Counted from the first letter of the stretch, positions 1 to 9,398 are shown. The stretch is DNA of 32,000 nt from Puniceicoccales bacterium (GCA_031283585.1 JAITBP010000005.1:47710-79709); one strand, 5' to 3'. The notes: generated by a model from the sequence alone, not told the origin. Made by a program: numbers and translations.

Positions 1-461
1 CTCTCATTTTGCACATCCCTGATACTTTCCTCCAGCTCCTGGGGGTCGATGGGGCGATTGAATTCCAGCAGATCATTTAGTAATTTGACTCGCATAAGGA
101 TTATGTGATCCACAAACTCTGCATAGGGCCCCTCGTTTTCAGATATCACATTTGGCAGAAAAAACAATTTTTCGACAGACTCCAGTGCTTTGGCATCAAC
201 CCGGGCAAGCTTGACCTTATTATCATTGATAACATCTTCTATACGAAATTTATAGAAAGCATTATCCAGTATATCCTCTCTGAATCCATAGGCTTTCAAT
301 GGAGCAACAAGATCGACAATGTAATCGAATTGTTTTGGATCTATAATGCTTAAACAATCCACATCCCATTGAATATCACTACTGATCTTATCGACCCACC
401 AATTAAAATCATCTCCTAACCGAACCACACACCATTCAAGATTATCTTTATTTGACACCAT
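1..461 (-). CDS. hypothetical protein, N-terminal part only (ORF runs off the left edge)
   Basis: Own translation of the minus strand from ATG at 461..459 (MVSNKDNLEWCVVRLGDDFNWWVDKISSDIQWDV...) stays open for about 153 codons to position 1. It is absent from the ORF track because it has no stop in the window. No family recognised. Confidence 0.5.
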   Translation of the reverse strand, partial: MVSNKDNLEWCVVRLGDDFNWWVDKISSDIQWDVDCLSIIDPKQFDYIVDLVAPLKAYGFREDILDNAFYKFRIEDVINDNKVKLARVDAKALESVEKLFFLPNVISENEGPYAEFVDHIILMRVKLLNDLLEFNRPIDPQELEESIRDVQNE

Positions 462-619
462 TTACATTAAAGTTAGCTAAATGTGCCAATATTAATCCCA
501 CCCTAGGCGTAAAGTAAAAAATTATATAGTATTCATTTTGGTATCGCAGAATCCACAATTTTTGTTGTGCAATAAATATAATATTTGTATTATTTTTAAT
601 TCAGAAGTCTACTTATAAA

Positions 620-1993
620 ATGGCCGAAACAACTCAAGACTATAACCAGAAAAACCCTGATCAATATGATTTCGAAGAACTTCTGCAGTTGCTCGAGATT
701 GGCATCGATTCAATAGACGTTAGGAAACTTTCAAATACGCCACCGGCTGATGTGGGTAAATTCCTTGAACGCCTACAACCAACGGAACAGCAGTTTATAA
801 TACAAAAACTGTCATCAACCATTGCATCGGCAGCCCTGGCATCCATGGCACCGGACGATTCGGCCGAAATAGTAAGAACCATGAGAGATTTCCGGGCCGT
901 CAAAATCATCGAAAAACTGGCACCAGATGATGCAGTTGATCTATTTTTAAATCTCGAAGTCAGAGACAGGGAAAGGCTTATAACAAAACTGCCAAAAGAA
1001 ATCGGTGCCACCATACGGAACCTGCTCAAATATGATCCCAATACGGCCGGTGGCGTCATGACTCCCTATGTAACAACCCTACGGGTGTCGATGATCGTCG
1101 ACGAGGCCATACAGCATATCAAAAAAGAAAAAAATGAAACGGAAAATACTGATACTCTATATGTTATCGACCATCAACGGAAATTGGTTGGCACCACATC
1201 CGTAAGGAATCTAATATGGGCCAATTCGGATCAAAAGGTGGCCGACATTATGGACACAGACATTAGCCATGCCTGTAATTATCAGACCGAAGACAAAAAA
1301 GTCGCACAAATAATGACCGAATCCGGCCTGCAAACATTACCAGTCATCGACGGCCAGGGCAGATTGTTGGGAATCATTACCCACGATGACGTCATAAATA
1401 TACTCCAGGAAGCCGCCACGTCAGACATACAGAAATTCCATGGTGCTGGTTCCGATGAGACCATAAATGATTCCATCAGCTATAGCGCCAATAGACGCAT
1501 ACCATGGTTAATCATAAACCTTTTCACGGCAATGATTTCTACAAAAATAATATCCACATTTTCAACCCAGATACGGGAGATGACAGCCCTGGCAGCATTC
1601 ATGAACCTCACCTCAGTCCTCGGTGGAAATTCCGGAGCCCAAACATTGGCAATCGCCATAAGAGGCTTTGCCCTAGGAGATTTCCACATCGGAGATGCTA
1701 AAAAAGTTTGCCTGAGGGAAGTCATTAAAGGCTTCATAAACGGCCTGGTGGTTGGATCGGCTGCAGCAGTTATATCATTGATATGTAGGCACAGTTGCCT
1801 ATTTGCCTGTGTCATATTCATATCAATAGTATTGAACATGATAATGGCCGGCCTCTGTGGCACAATTATACCCATTGTGCTGAGAAAACTCCAATTTGAT
1901 CCGGCCAGTAGCTCCTACATTATGCTCACAACCATTACGGACTCCTTCGGCATATTTGTGTTTCTGTCACTTGGAGCAATGATTCTAGTCTGA
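620..1993 (+). CDS. mgtE: magnesium transporter MgtE
   Basis: 457 aa with the MgtE layout: N-domain, CBS pair (VMTPYVTTLRVSMIVDEAI..., LYVIDHQRKLVG), and a C-terminal membrane domain with PWLIINLFTAMIS and GGNSGAQTLAIAIRGFALGD, as in MgtE. Confidence 0.92.
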   Translation: MAETTQDYNQKNPDQYDFEELLQLLEIGIDSIDVRKLSNTPPADVGKFLERLQPTEQQFIIQKLSSTIASAALASMAPDDSAEIVRTMRDFRAVKIIEKLAPDDAVDLFLNLEVRDRERLITKLPKEIGATIRNLLKYDPNTAGGVMTPYVTTLRVSMIVDEAIQHIKKEKNETENTDTLYVIDHQRKLVGTTSVRNLIWANSDQKVADIMDTDISHACNYQTEDKKVAQIMTESGLQTLPVIDGQGRLLGIITHDDVINILQEAATSDIQKFHGAGSDETINDSISYSANRRIPWLIINLFTAMISTKIISTFSTQIREMTALAAFMNLTSVLGGNSGAQTLAIAIRGFALGDFHIGDAKKVCLREVIKGFINGLVVGSAAAVISLICRHSCLFACVIFISIVLNMIMAGLCGTIIPIVLRKLQFDPASSSYIMLTTITDSFGIFVFLSLGAMILV

Positions 1994-2049
1994 CGATGTT
2001 TTTAGATTGAATCTTTCACCATATTTTTTACAATATATTCCAAGAGGAT

Positions 2050-2526
2050 ATGGCTATGGAAAATAGAGCTTTTATCAATGGAATGCTTGGCGAAGTCGGT
2101 AGATCCCTAGGACTTAATTTAAAACTAAGGGACGATGGCCTTTGCATCATAAAGCAAGATCAATTTGAGACCGAATACATTATTGAACTTTCCCGCACCG
2201 CCGCTCTGCTGCATATATATTCGCCGATTGGTGATCTACCACAGACCAACAAGGCCGATGCGCTGGAATATCTCCTGAAGCTGAACCTCCATGGACTAGA
2301 GACAAATCAGTGCACCATCGGCCTGGATGCGCATACAAACAAAATCGTGCTTTCCTATAGCATATCCACTGAAATTCTCAATGCAAATCTGCTATCAAAC
2401 GTGATTTGCAATTTTTTCACAACGGTACCAAAAATATTGAAAAAAATAGAAAATTTCGTCCAGTCCGATCCACAACAATCATTTGAACATTCAGATAACA
2501 TAACCCAACTGCTTACGATAGTGTGA
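2050..2526 (+). CDS. type III secretion class I chaperone, CesT/Slc1-like
   Basis: 158 aa, small and acidic. Segment order matches CesT and chlamydial Slc1: LGLNLKLRDDGLCII / LHIYSPIGDLP..ALEYLLKLNLHG / IGLDAHTNKIVLSYSISTEILNANLLSNVICNFF. An AGAGGA Shine-Dalgarno favours the second ATG at 2056. Confidence 0.7.
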   Translation: MAMENRAFINGMLGEVGRSLGLNLKLRDDGLCIIKQDQFETEYIIELSRTAALLHIYSPIGDLPQTNKADALEYLLKLNLHGLETNQCTIGLDAHTNKIVLSYSISTEILNANLLSNVICNFFTTVPKILKKIENFVQSDPQQSFEHSDNITQLLTIV

Positions 2527-2527
2527 G

Positions 2528-3355
2528 ATGAGTGACGACCTCACAGTCCATTCTTCCAGTAATACCGATAGGATAAGTATAATAAACGACTATCTCGATG
2601 CGGTAAATCAGGAGACCAAGATAGAAAATCCAACGATTTCGACAGTCGGCGAGCTTAGCATTGGCACAGAATCACTTACGGATGCACCAATGGGTGTGAA
2701 CCTAGCCGGTCTTAGGGTAACAGACGATCCGCCAAGCATCAGCTCCGTGGGTCTGGTCCAGCACCAGGGAAATGAGCACAAAATAGATGTCAACGACGAT
2801 GACCATGATGGTGTCCCGAATTATATTGACGCAAAAGACACTGATAACCAACCAGCCGTAGATAGCGACAAGGATGGCATCCCGGATGACGTCGATGTAA
2901 CCGGAAGTGCATCCGATGTTAAACAATCCCATAGGAATGAAAGCGCTTCTGCAGAACGAGTTAGATCATCGTTAATGTCCGCTCTAATGACATTCTTGCA
3001 GTTCGATTTCAGTCTACTCCTTGGAGGAGCTGATCCCAGCGATAACGAAGCCCGCAAAATCGGTGCATTGGCCCAAACATCGCTTGGAATAACAACGACC
3101 AAAGAAGCCAAGGTCGCCGACATGGACAATTCGCGAAACGTACACCAGGAGATGCGTCAACATAAAATCAGGGCTAATCTAGGCAAGCGTCGAAACCTTG
3201 AAAATGAAGTGCTGACTGACACCAGGCCACTATCCGGCGTAACAAAAAATAAATTCAAGGAATTGGAAAAACCACTCATGGCATCGCAGAAAGATCTTGG
3301 CATTAAAAGTGCAGTAATCCAGGATCAACCTATCAAAAAACCTCCCATGATATAA
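2528..3355 (+). CDS. candidate type III secreted effector with two thrombospondin-type-3-like Ca-binding motifs
   Basis: Starts 1 nt after the chaperone stop. 275 aa with no signal peptide or TM segment and a Ser/Thr/Asn/Ile-rich N-terminus. Carries DDDHDGVPNYID and DSDKDGIPDDVD (DxDxDGxxDxxD pattern, nt 2795..2896). No other family recognised. Confidence 0.45.
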   Translation: MSDDLTVHSSSNTDRISIINDYLDAVNQETKIENPTISTVGELSIGTESLTDAPMGVNLAGLRVTDDPPSISSVGLVQHQGNEHKIDVNDDDHDGVPNYIDAKDTDNQPAVDSDKDGIPDDVDVTGSASDVKQSHRNESASAERVRSSLMSALMTFLQFDFSLLLGGADPSDNEARKIGALAQTSLGITTTKEAKVADMDNSRNVHQEMRQHKIRANLGKRRNLENEVLTDTRPLSGVTKNKFKELEKPLMASQKDLGIKSAVIQDQPIKKPPMI

Positions 3356-3416
3356 TAGAAGGCCAGAGCGAAGAGGCAGAGGCATTAAATTACTTGAATT
3401 TCGCCCAATTTGTATC

Positions 3417-4562
3417 ATGGTGGGGGTTGCGATCGAAATGAATGCAGCCAGCCAGATGGTTTCTAATTACACAAATTATCTAGCCAAATTAGAAAAATCT
3501 GGCCTGTTGAGATCGCTCAAAGCACAGCACCAGGGTGGACTGGATTTTTCCAGCAATGACTATCTGGGACTGGCCAACTCCCCAGCCCTCTTAGAAGCCG
3601 GTTATGAAGCAGCAAGACTCTATGGCTCAGGAAGTACCGGATCGAGGCTTTTGTCCGGCAACAGTGATCTATTCGAAGATTTTGAAGCCCAAATAGCCAA
3701 AGACTATGGAACAGAAACGGCACTGCTATTCAATTCCGGCTTTGATGCCAACATCGGGATTATTCCAGCCATTTCGGACAAAACCAGCCTAATCATCTTC
3801 GACAAATTAAACCATGCGAGCCTATATCAGGGTGCCCTGCTTAGTGGAGCCAAGTTATTACGCTACAACCACTTAGATTACACGATGCTTGGCGAAATTT
3901 TGAAAAAAAATATAAATAACCACGGAACGATTATCATCGCATCGGAGACTGTGTTTGGCATGGACGGTGACAGGGCAAACCTGAAAATTTTGGCTGATCT
4001 ATCCAGCAACTATAACGCCATCTTATACCTAGATGAAGCCCATGCCATTGGACTGCAGGGCAAAAACGGCTATGGCCTATCAACGGACTTCGATCTGGAT
4101 AAAAACAGAACGATTATCCTGGGAACTCTCAGCAAAGCCCTGGGCTCAACCGGAGCCTATGTGGCTTGTAATTCTTTGATTAAAAACATGTTAATAAACA
4201 AATGTCAGAGCTTCATCTATTCGACAGCCCTGGCCCCATTTTGCATTGGAGCAGCGGCCCGGGCCTGGAAAATAGCCAAAACCATGACAAAAGAACGGAG
4301 GGCACTGATTGAAACATCTACCCGACTGAAAAATTATCTCAAGGACCTTGGATACAATGTGTTAGGAAACGGAACCAACATAATCCCAGTCCTATTCAAC
4401 GGCCCGAATGAAGTGATGAAAAAGAAAGAAGATCTATGCAAAAACGGCCTGCTGGTATCGGCCCTGCGAAGGCCGACCGTAGCCAAACCACGCCTGCGCA
4501 TCGCCGTCAATGCTAGGCATACCCAAAATGATATCACAAAACTACTAAGTGCCTTCTCATGA
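3417..4562 (+). CDS. bioF: 8-amino-7-oxononanoate synthase
   Basis: 381 aa class II aminotransferase-like protein: DFSSNDYLGL, the PLP-lysine motif GTLSKALGSTG, DEAHAIG, and a bio gene context. The start could instead be the ATG at 3438 or 3456. Confidence 0.88.
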   Translation: MVGVAIEMNAASQMVSNYTNYLAKLEKSGLLRSLKAQHQGGLDFSSNDYLGLANSPALLEAGYEAARLYGSGSTGSRLLSGNSDLFEDFEAQIAKDYGTETALLFNSGFDANIGIIPAISDKTSLIIFDKLNHASLYQGALLSGAKLLRYNHLDYTMLGEILKKNINNHGTIIIASETVFGMDGDRANLKILADLSSNYNAILYLDEAHAIGLQGKNGYGLSTDFDLDKNRTIILGTLSKALGSTGAYVACNSLIKNMLINKCQSFIYSTALAPFCIGAAARAWKIAKTMTKERRALIETSTRLKNYLKDLGYNVLGNGTNIIPVLFNGPNEVMKKKEDLCKNGLLVSALRRPTVAKPRLRIAVNARHTQNDITKLLSAFS

Positions 4563-5191
4563 ACAGCTACACGTTTATTTTAGCCCATGGTTTTGGCTTC
4601 GATCACAGCTATTGGGGAAATTTTATCAACCGGCTGAATGGTCAAAAATGGATGTTTTTCAAGGACAATTTGGTCCTGGATCCCAGGGAAAAATATATAG
4701 GGCTGGGCCATTCCCTTGGTTTTGCAAAGCTAAGCAACTCAACACTAAATTTCGATATCCTAGTGGGATTGCAGTGTTTTTGCAACTTTCTTGGCAACGG
4801 TGAAAAGCTTCGCCGACTTAGAAAGCCCCACCTTGACCGTATGGTTAGCTCGGTTCATGACAACCCAACGGCCCACCTGGAACAGTTTTACAATTCCTGT
4901 GGCCAGGGCATAATTCCCAAATCCAAACCGGATACCGACCGACTGGCGATGGATCTGCAAATGTTATATAACTCCTTCCTACCTAGGCAATTGCCAACGC
5001 TCATCATCGGCGGAACGAAGGATGAGATCGTTCCAAAATCATTAATCGAGGACAATTTTCGATCCCACAGCCAGGTCACAATAAAATATCTGGACCTGGC
5101 CGGGCACACCCTTGGCTATGATCTTGCCAGTGAAGTCATTAAAACCCTAATTGAATTCATTCGGGACCATGAATCACCTAATCGGCAGTAA
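4559..5191 (+). CDS. short alpha/beta-hydrolase, probable pimeloyl-ACP methyl ester esterase (BioH-like role)
   Basis: 210 aa with HGFG oxyanion motif, GHSLG nucleophile elbow, GGTKDEIVP (Asp) and AGHTLGY (His). ATGA overlap with the bioF stop. Lies between bioF and bioC. Confidence 0.6.
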   Translation: MNSYTFILAHGFGFDHSYWGNFINRLNGQKWMFFKDNLVLDPREKYIGLGHSLGFAKLSNSTLNFDILVGLQCFCNFLGNGEKLRRLRKPHLDRMVSSVHDNPTAHLEQFYNSCGQGIIPKSKPDTDRLAMDLQMLYNSFLPRQLPTLIIGGTKDEIVPKSLIEDNFRSHSQVTIKYLDLAGHTLGYDLASEVIKTLIEFIRDHESPNRQ

Positions 5192-5897
5192 ATTCGACCT
5201 GGCTGCTGAACACTACGACGCCCAGGCCATTGTACAGAAAGAAACCGCGATACAACTCGTTGGTATGGTTCGAGATTTACAGGGAACCCGCTCGGTGCTG
5301 GACGTTGGTTGTGGCACAGGGTTCGCAGCCATCGAAACGCTAAAATATTTTCCCAATGCCAAACTCCAGGTCCTGGACATTTCCAAAAAAATGCTAGCCA
5401 TTGCCAGGCGTAAGCTCCAGGGCCATAAGGTGATATACACCGAGTGCGACGCCGAATCCCAGGAGTTTGGCACGAACTTCGATCTGGCCATTTCAAATCT
5501 CTGTGTCCAATGGTTCAACAACCTCGAAAAATTCATCCAAAAAATACTAAAGGTCTCAAAATATTTCGCATTCTCAACCCTGGTCGATGGTAGTTTTAGA
5601 GAATTTTCAAAAATATTTGAAACCAGTGGGAAAACTTCGCCGTTACTTAACTACAAGACCCAGCAGGAGTTAGAGGGTATTTGCCAATCTTTTGGAGAAA
5701 TAATAGCCAGCCAGACAAAAACCTTCAAACTATCATTCCCTTCGGCCCAGGCCGCCGCAATGCATTTCAAAAAAATAGGAGCAAACATAGCTAGTAATAA
5801 TTCTAATAACGCGCTCGCGCTGCTTAACCATCGATCTCCGATTAACCTAGAATACAAGGTATACTTCTGTCTAATCAGGGCAACAGCCACCAATTAA
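5151..5897 (+). CDS. bioC: malonyl-ACP O-methyltransferase
   Basis: Class I SAM methyltransferase motif VLDVGCGTG and the BioC-like N-terminus FDLAAEHYDAQAIVQKE. Overlaps the esterase gene by 41 nt, or by 23 nt if the ATG at 5169 is used. Confidence 0.78.
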   Translation: MNSFGTMNHLIGSKFDLAAEHYDAQAIVQKETAIQLVGMVRDLQGTRSVLDVGCGTGFAAIETLKYFPNAKLQVLDISKKMLAIARRKLQGHKVIYTECDAESQEFGTNFDLAISNLCVQWFNNLEKFIQKILKVSKYFAFSTLVDGSFREFSKIFETSGKTSPLLNYKTQQELEGICQSFGEIIASQTKTFKLSFPSAQAAAMHFKKIGANIASNNSNNALALLNHRSPINLEYKVYFCLIRATATN

Positions 5898-5912
5898 ATT
5901 AAATAAGTATTT

Positions 5913-5989
5913 TGGTCGGGCTGGAGAGATTCGAACTCTCGACCCCTTGCACCCCATGCAAGTGCGCTACCAGACTACGCCACAACCCG
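5913..5989 (-). tRNA. tRNA-Pro (anticodon GGG)
   Basis: Hand-folded 77-nt cloverleaf on the minus strand: CGGGTTG acceptor, anticodon stem CTTGC/GCAAG with loop ATGGGGT, T-arm GAGAG-TTCGAAT-CTCTC, encoded CCA. Confidence 0.9.
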
Positions 5990-5995
5990 TTCAGC

Positions 5996-6024
5996 ATATA
6001 CTAACCAAACCTAATGCTGGTCAA
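5996..6024 (-). promoter_or_regulatory. putative sigma70-type promoter for tRNA-Pro
   Basis: Minus strand reads TTGACC - 17 nt - GTATAT, ending 6 nt before the mature tRNA 5' end. Confidence 0.35.
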
Positions 6025-6050
6025 TAACCATTTACAATTACCTGACTTTT

Positions 6051-6120
6051 CAACCAAAAAATCAAAAAACGAAAAAACAAAAGAAACAGAAAAAACAAAA
6101 AAACAAAAAAAACAAAAAGC
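6051..6120. repeat. interrupted poly(A) low-complexity tract, (A5-8 followed by C/G) about 9 times
   Basis: caaccaaaaaatcaaaaaacgaaaaaacaaaagaaacagaaaaaacaaaaaaacaaaaaaaacaaaaagc, lying directly between the murJ stop and the tRNA-Pro promoter region. It is T-rich on the transcribed (minus) strand. Confidence 0.8.
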
Positions 6121-6121
6121 A

Positions 6122-7648
6122 TCAAGGTTTGGTTAGGATTTTTTTAAATCCAAGCAAGTAGAGTGACACCAAATAGGAACCAACTCCAACCGGAACACCG
6201 ACCAGGATGGATAAAACACCGTATAGTTTTTCTGAGCAAACCGCATTTTTTAACCAAGTACAGCAAAACACCACAACGGTTGACATAATTAGGCAGGAAA
6301 AAATCACCGTGGATAACGTGTCATACAGATTTTTGAGCCTAAACAAATGATCTATTCTAATAAGAAACAGATATAACAAAACCGTCTGCACAACCACAGA
6401 TAACAGGTTGGCCATGGCCACTCCCTTCACCCCATATGGTTTCATAAGTATCAACGTCGCAATAAAATTCACTATAAAACTAACCAAGGATATATATACC
6501 GGAATTTTCGTATTTTTCATGACATGGAAGCCTCGAACAAAAAATGTGGACAGTGCATAAAACACCATGGCAATCATGAACACATATACCACAGGTAGTG
6601 TATCAAGCATATCGTCCAGGCCAAAATTCCCATATTTAAACAGAACGATAAAAATCTCACTTCGTAGGACGATTATCCCTAGGGCAGCCGGTAGTACTAT
6701 AGCAATGATCATGTTCGCGCCACGCTGAAAAGCTGCAGATAATCTGGCCCTATCATTTTTTGATGCAAATTTTGACATGTTAGGAAACATCACCGTTGTA
6801 ATGGCCACAACAAACACGCCCAGGGGTAATTCCATCAACCGATTAGCCAAATATAGTATGGACATCGCGCTATTGGATAACCCAAAGGCTAACCATCTGG
6901 ACACAGCTATGTTTACCTGCATTATCGATGCCCCGACGAAGCCGGGTATAAATAATTGCTTAAGCCTATGAAATTGAGGGCTCGTGCCCAGGTCAAATTT
7001 TACACGCCAGCCAAGTTTATAAAGCTGGATCACCGGCAGCATTAGCTGGACCACTCCACCTGCAAGTACGCCGGCGCACAGCCAGTAAATCCTACTCACC
7101 AGTCCATATTGGCAGTAATAACCGGATATATAGAAAAATACAATCATGCTCACATTTAGCCAGATAGCATTCATCGATGAAAGAAAATACTGGCCAAGCA
7201 CATTCAGAACCGCAGAAAATATCGCAGCCAAACATACAAAAATCATATAGGGTAACAATAGCGCCGAAAAGTTAAGGCTATAACGCCACCTGTTGCCAAT
7301 CTGATCCAGGCCCAGGGCAAAAAAAACACCTATAATCAGCATACCCGACGCAACTATCCCTAGTAATATTAACGCTACCCTGGTAACAGTCTTATTCAAA
7401 AGAGAGAAAGCTGACTGTAAGCTGTTCTTGTGAAACTCATCCGAAAACACCGGAACCAATGCCGACGTCAATGCACCTTCACCGAATAGCCGTCTAAAAA
7501 GATTCGGCAGAGTAAATGCAAAAATAAACGCCGAGTTCTCTATGCCGGTACCAAGTGCAGTAAACGTCAATATATCTCTCCACAGTCCGAAAATTCTCGA
7601 ACTTAAGGTGATGATCGCCACAATAAATATATTGTTCAAAACGCCCAT
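6122..7648 (-). CDS. murJ: lipid II flippase MurJ/MviN
   Basis: 508 aa polytopic membrane protein. The N-terminus SRIFGLWRD ... FGEGALTSALVPVF matches the MurJ signature region. Confidence 0.9.
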   Translation of the reverse strand: MGVLNNIFIVAIITLSSRIFGLWRDILTFTALGTGIENSAFIFAFTLPNLFRRLFGEGALTSALVPVFSDEFHKNSLQSAFSLLNKTVTRVALILLGIVASGMLIIGVFFALGLDQIGNRWRYSLNFSALLLPYMIFVCLAAIFSAVLNVLGQYFLSSMNAIWLNVSMIVFFYISGYYCQYGLVSRIYWLCAGVLAGGVVQLMLPVIQLYKLGWRVKFDLGTSPQFHRLKQLFIPGFVGASIMQVNIAVSRWLAFGLSNSAMSILYLANRLMELPLGVFVVAITTVMFPNMSKFASKNDRARLSAAFQRGANMIIAIVLPAALGIIVLRSEIFIVLFKYGNFGLDDMLDTLPVVYVFMIAMVFYALSTFFVRGFHVMKNTKIPVYISLVSFIVNFIATLILMKPYGVKGVAMANLLSVVVQTVLLYLFLIRIDHLFRLKNLYDTLSTVIFSCLIMSTVVVFCCTWLKNAVCSEKLYGVLSILVGVPVGVGSYLVSLYLLGFKKILTKP

Positions 7649-7796
7649 TCACTATTATAGGCTCTGATTTTGCCAAAATTTACAAGAACATTTTTGTTCT
7701 GTAACATTTTGACATATTAAAAACTATAATACATCAGTAATAATTTATTGTAATTTGCGTAGGAATTTTATTTTCATTTTTCAAAACTTTTAACTC

Positions 7797-9398
7797 ATGA
7801 TTTCTTTCCTAGAACGTATTTTGCAAAAACATCACAAATGGCTATTTTCGATATTACTATTTATTATTATCGTCAGCTTTGTTTTCACCGTGGGTTCCTC
7901 ACCGGGCATAGGGAGAAGCAGGGTTAAGGCCATAAATTTCTTTGGCTATAACCTAAGTTCGCAGAAAGACATCAACTCTCTGCTGGAAGAAACAAGAATG
8001 AGTGCAACCCTCAACGGCCGATTTGATTTGTTATACTTCGGTGGTCTTCAGGATGAAGCACTTATGCGTGCCGTGAAAATAGACATGGCAAACAAAATGA
8101 AAATACCAATCCCGGACAAAAAGATTTTGGACGATTTTGTAGAAAAATACAAAATGTTTATCGATAAAGACGGTAAATTTAGCCCATCGGCCTACAACAC
8201 AATCATCGGTTCTCTGGTAAGGCGTGACCACGATGCCGAAACATTAAAACGCACGATGGAAAATGATTTTCGTTTGCAATTCATCGAAAATGCCATCGGT
8301 GGCTGTGGTTTTGCCCTGGAACAACAGGCAGAGGAACTGGTCAAACAGAACGAAACCAAATGGTCCTTTTATCTGGTGGAGCTGAATGCGGATGAGCCAT
8401 CGACAAATTTTTCTGAAGAAGAGCTAAAGGCGTTTTTTGATGAAAACCCAGGCCGCTACTATTTTCCAGAAAGATTCATAGCCACCTATGTTGAATTCGA
8501 AAAAGATGCGTTTCGCGAATCCATGACTCCGGCCACAAAAGACATCCTGAAAAAATTTTACAGCGACAAAAAAGCCCAATTTGATAAATTCAAGGACGAT
8601 AAGGAGGCTCTGAAAAAAGAAATAATCGACGAATACGAAAAATCCCAGTTGAAAAAACTAGCGATAAAAGCCGCCGGAGATTTTGTGTATGGTCTCTATA
8701 CAAATGGCATAGCCTACGACAGCGAAATGTTCCATAATATCTTAAAAGCCAATAGGATAACCGAAAAACCAATTCCCTGTTTTGACCTGGATAATCTTCC
8801 CACGGACCTGAATCTACCTTCCAAAGCTATAAAAAACCTAGTTGATCTTGACAAAATCAGGTACTTTTCGGATCCCTACGAAACAATCAATGGCAACGCC
8901 GCGGTGCTATTTTTAAAAGAAAAAATATATCCGGTCAAAATGTCATTCGACGAAGCTAGGTCATTGGTACAGGCCGATTACGTAAAAAAAGAAGCTTCGG
9001 CGGCATTTGACAGAAAATGCTCTGAAATACTTAAAGAGATAGAGTCTTCACTTAAAAAAGATGTAACATTCCAGGCCATCGCACTCGAAAAACAGCTAAA
9101 GATCCAGGATCATAAAGACAAAACGCTAAATGATCTCCAGCGAAGTGACTTACAACAGGTCTTGGATCATATATCCAAGGGAAATATCGGCAGACTGGTC
9201 AAGGATAAAAAGAGTGATGAACTATGCAATCTAATCTATATATATAATATGGATGTGCCAGAAGTTACCGATACAGAAAAGCTAACCAAAGCCATGGAAA
9301 ACCTAGAGTCCGAATCAGCCGATCTTTTTGCCCGATACTCGGTGATAGATATGGCCGAAGATGTGCTGACAAAATACAAAGAACTCAATGAAAAATAA
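7797..9398 (+). CDS. PpiD-like periplasmic chaperone, membrane anchored, no obvious parvulin domain
   Basis: N-terminal anchor KWLFSILLFIIIVSFVF. Blocks DGKFSPSAYNTII and EEELKAFFDENPGRYYFPERFIATYVEF parallel E. coli PpiD (DGKFDNSRYNAIL, EQEIASYYEQNKNNFMTPEQFRVSYIKL). 533 aa. Confidence 0.6.
   Translation: MISFLERILQKHHKWLFSILLFIIIVSFVFTVGSSPGIGRSRVKAINFFGYNLSSQKDINSLLEETRMSATLNGRFDLLYFGGLQDEALMRAVKIDMANKMKIPIPDKKILDDFVEKYKMFIDKDGKFSPSAYNTIIGSLVRRDHDAETLKRTMENDFRLQFIENAIGGCGFALEQQAEELVKQNETKWSFYLVELNADEPSTNFSEEELKAFFDENPGRYYFPERFIATYVEFEKDAFRESMTPATKDILKKFYSDKKAQFDKFKDDKEALKKEIIDEYEKSQLKKLAIKAAGDFVYGLYTNGIAYDSEMFHNILKANRITEKPIPCFDLDNLPTDLNLPSKAIKNLVDLDKIRYFSDPYETINGNAAVLFLKEKIYPVKMSFDEARSLVQADYVKKEASAAFDRKCSEILKEIESSLKKDVTFQAIALEKQLKIQDHKDKTLNDLQRSDLQQVLDHISKGNIGRLVKDKKSDELCNLIYIYNMDVPEVTDTEKLTKAMENLESESADLFARYSVIDMAEDVLTKYKELNEK

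Noticed and set aside
105-353. 82-aa plus-strand ORF from the track
   Set aside because: It lies entirely antisense to a longer open minus-strand frame (1..461). Its composition is odd, with no Shine-Dalgarno sequence and no recognisable motif. Most likely a shadow ORF.
462-619. M-box (Mg-sensing) riboswitch upstream of mgtE
   Set aside because: The leader is only about 150 nt and extremely AT-rich. It lacks the GC-containing conserved helices of an M-box, and I could not fold a convincing structure.
3356-3416. BirA operator (bioO-like palindrome) upstream of bioF
   Set aside because: Only a weak aaatt-N5-aattt symmetry is present, far from the ~40-bp inverted repeat of known bio operators.
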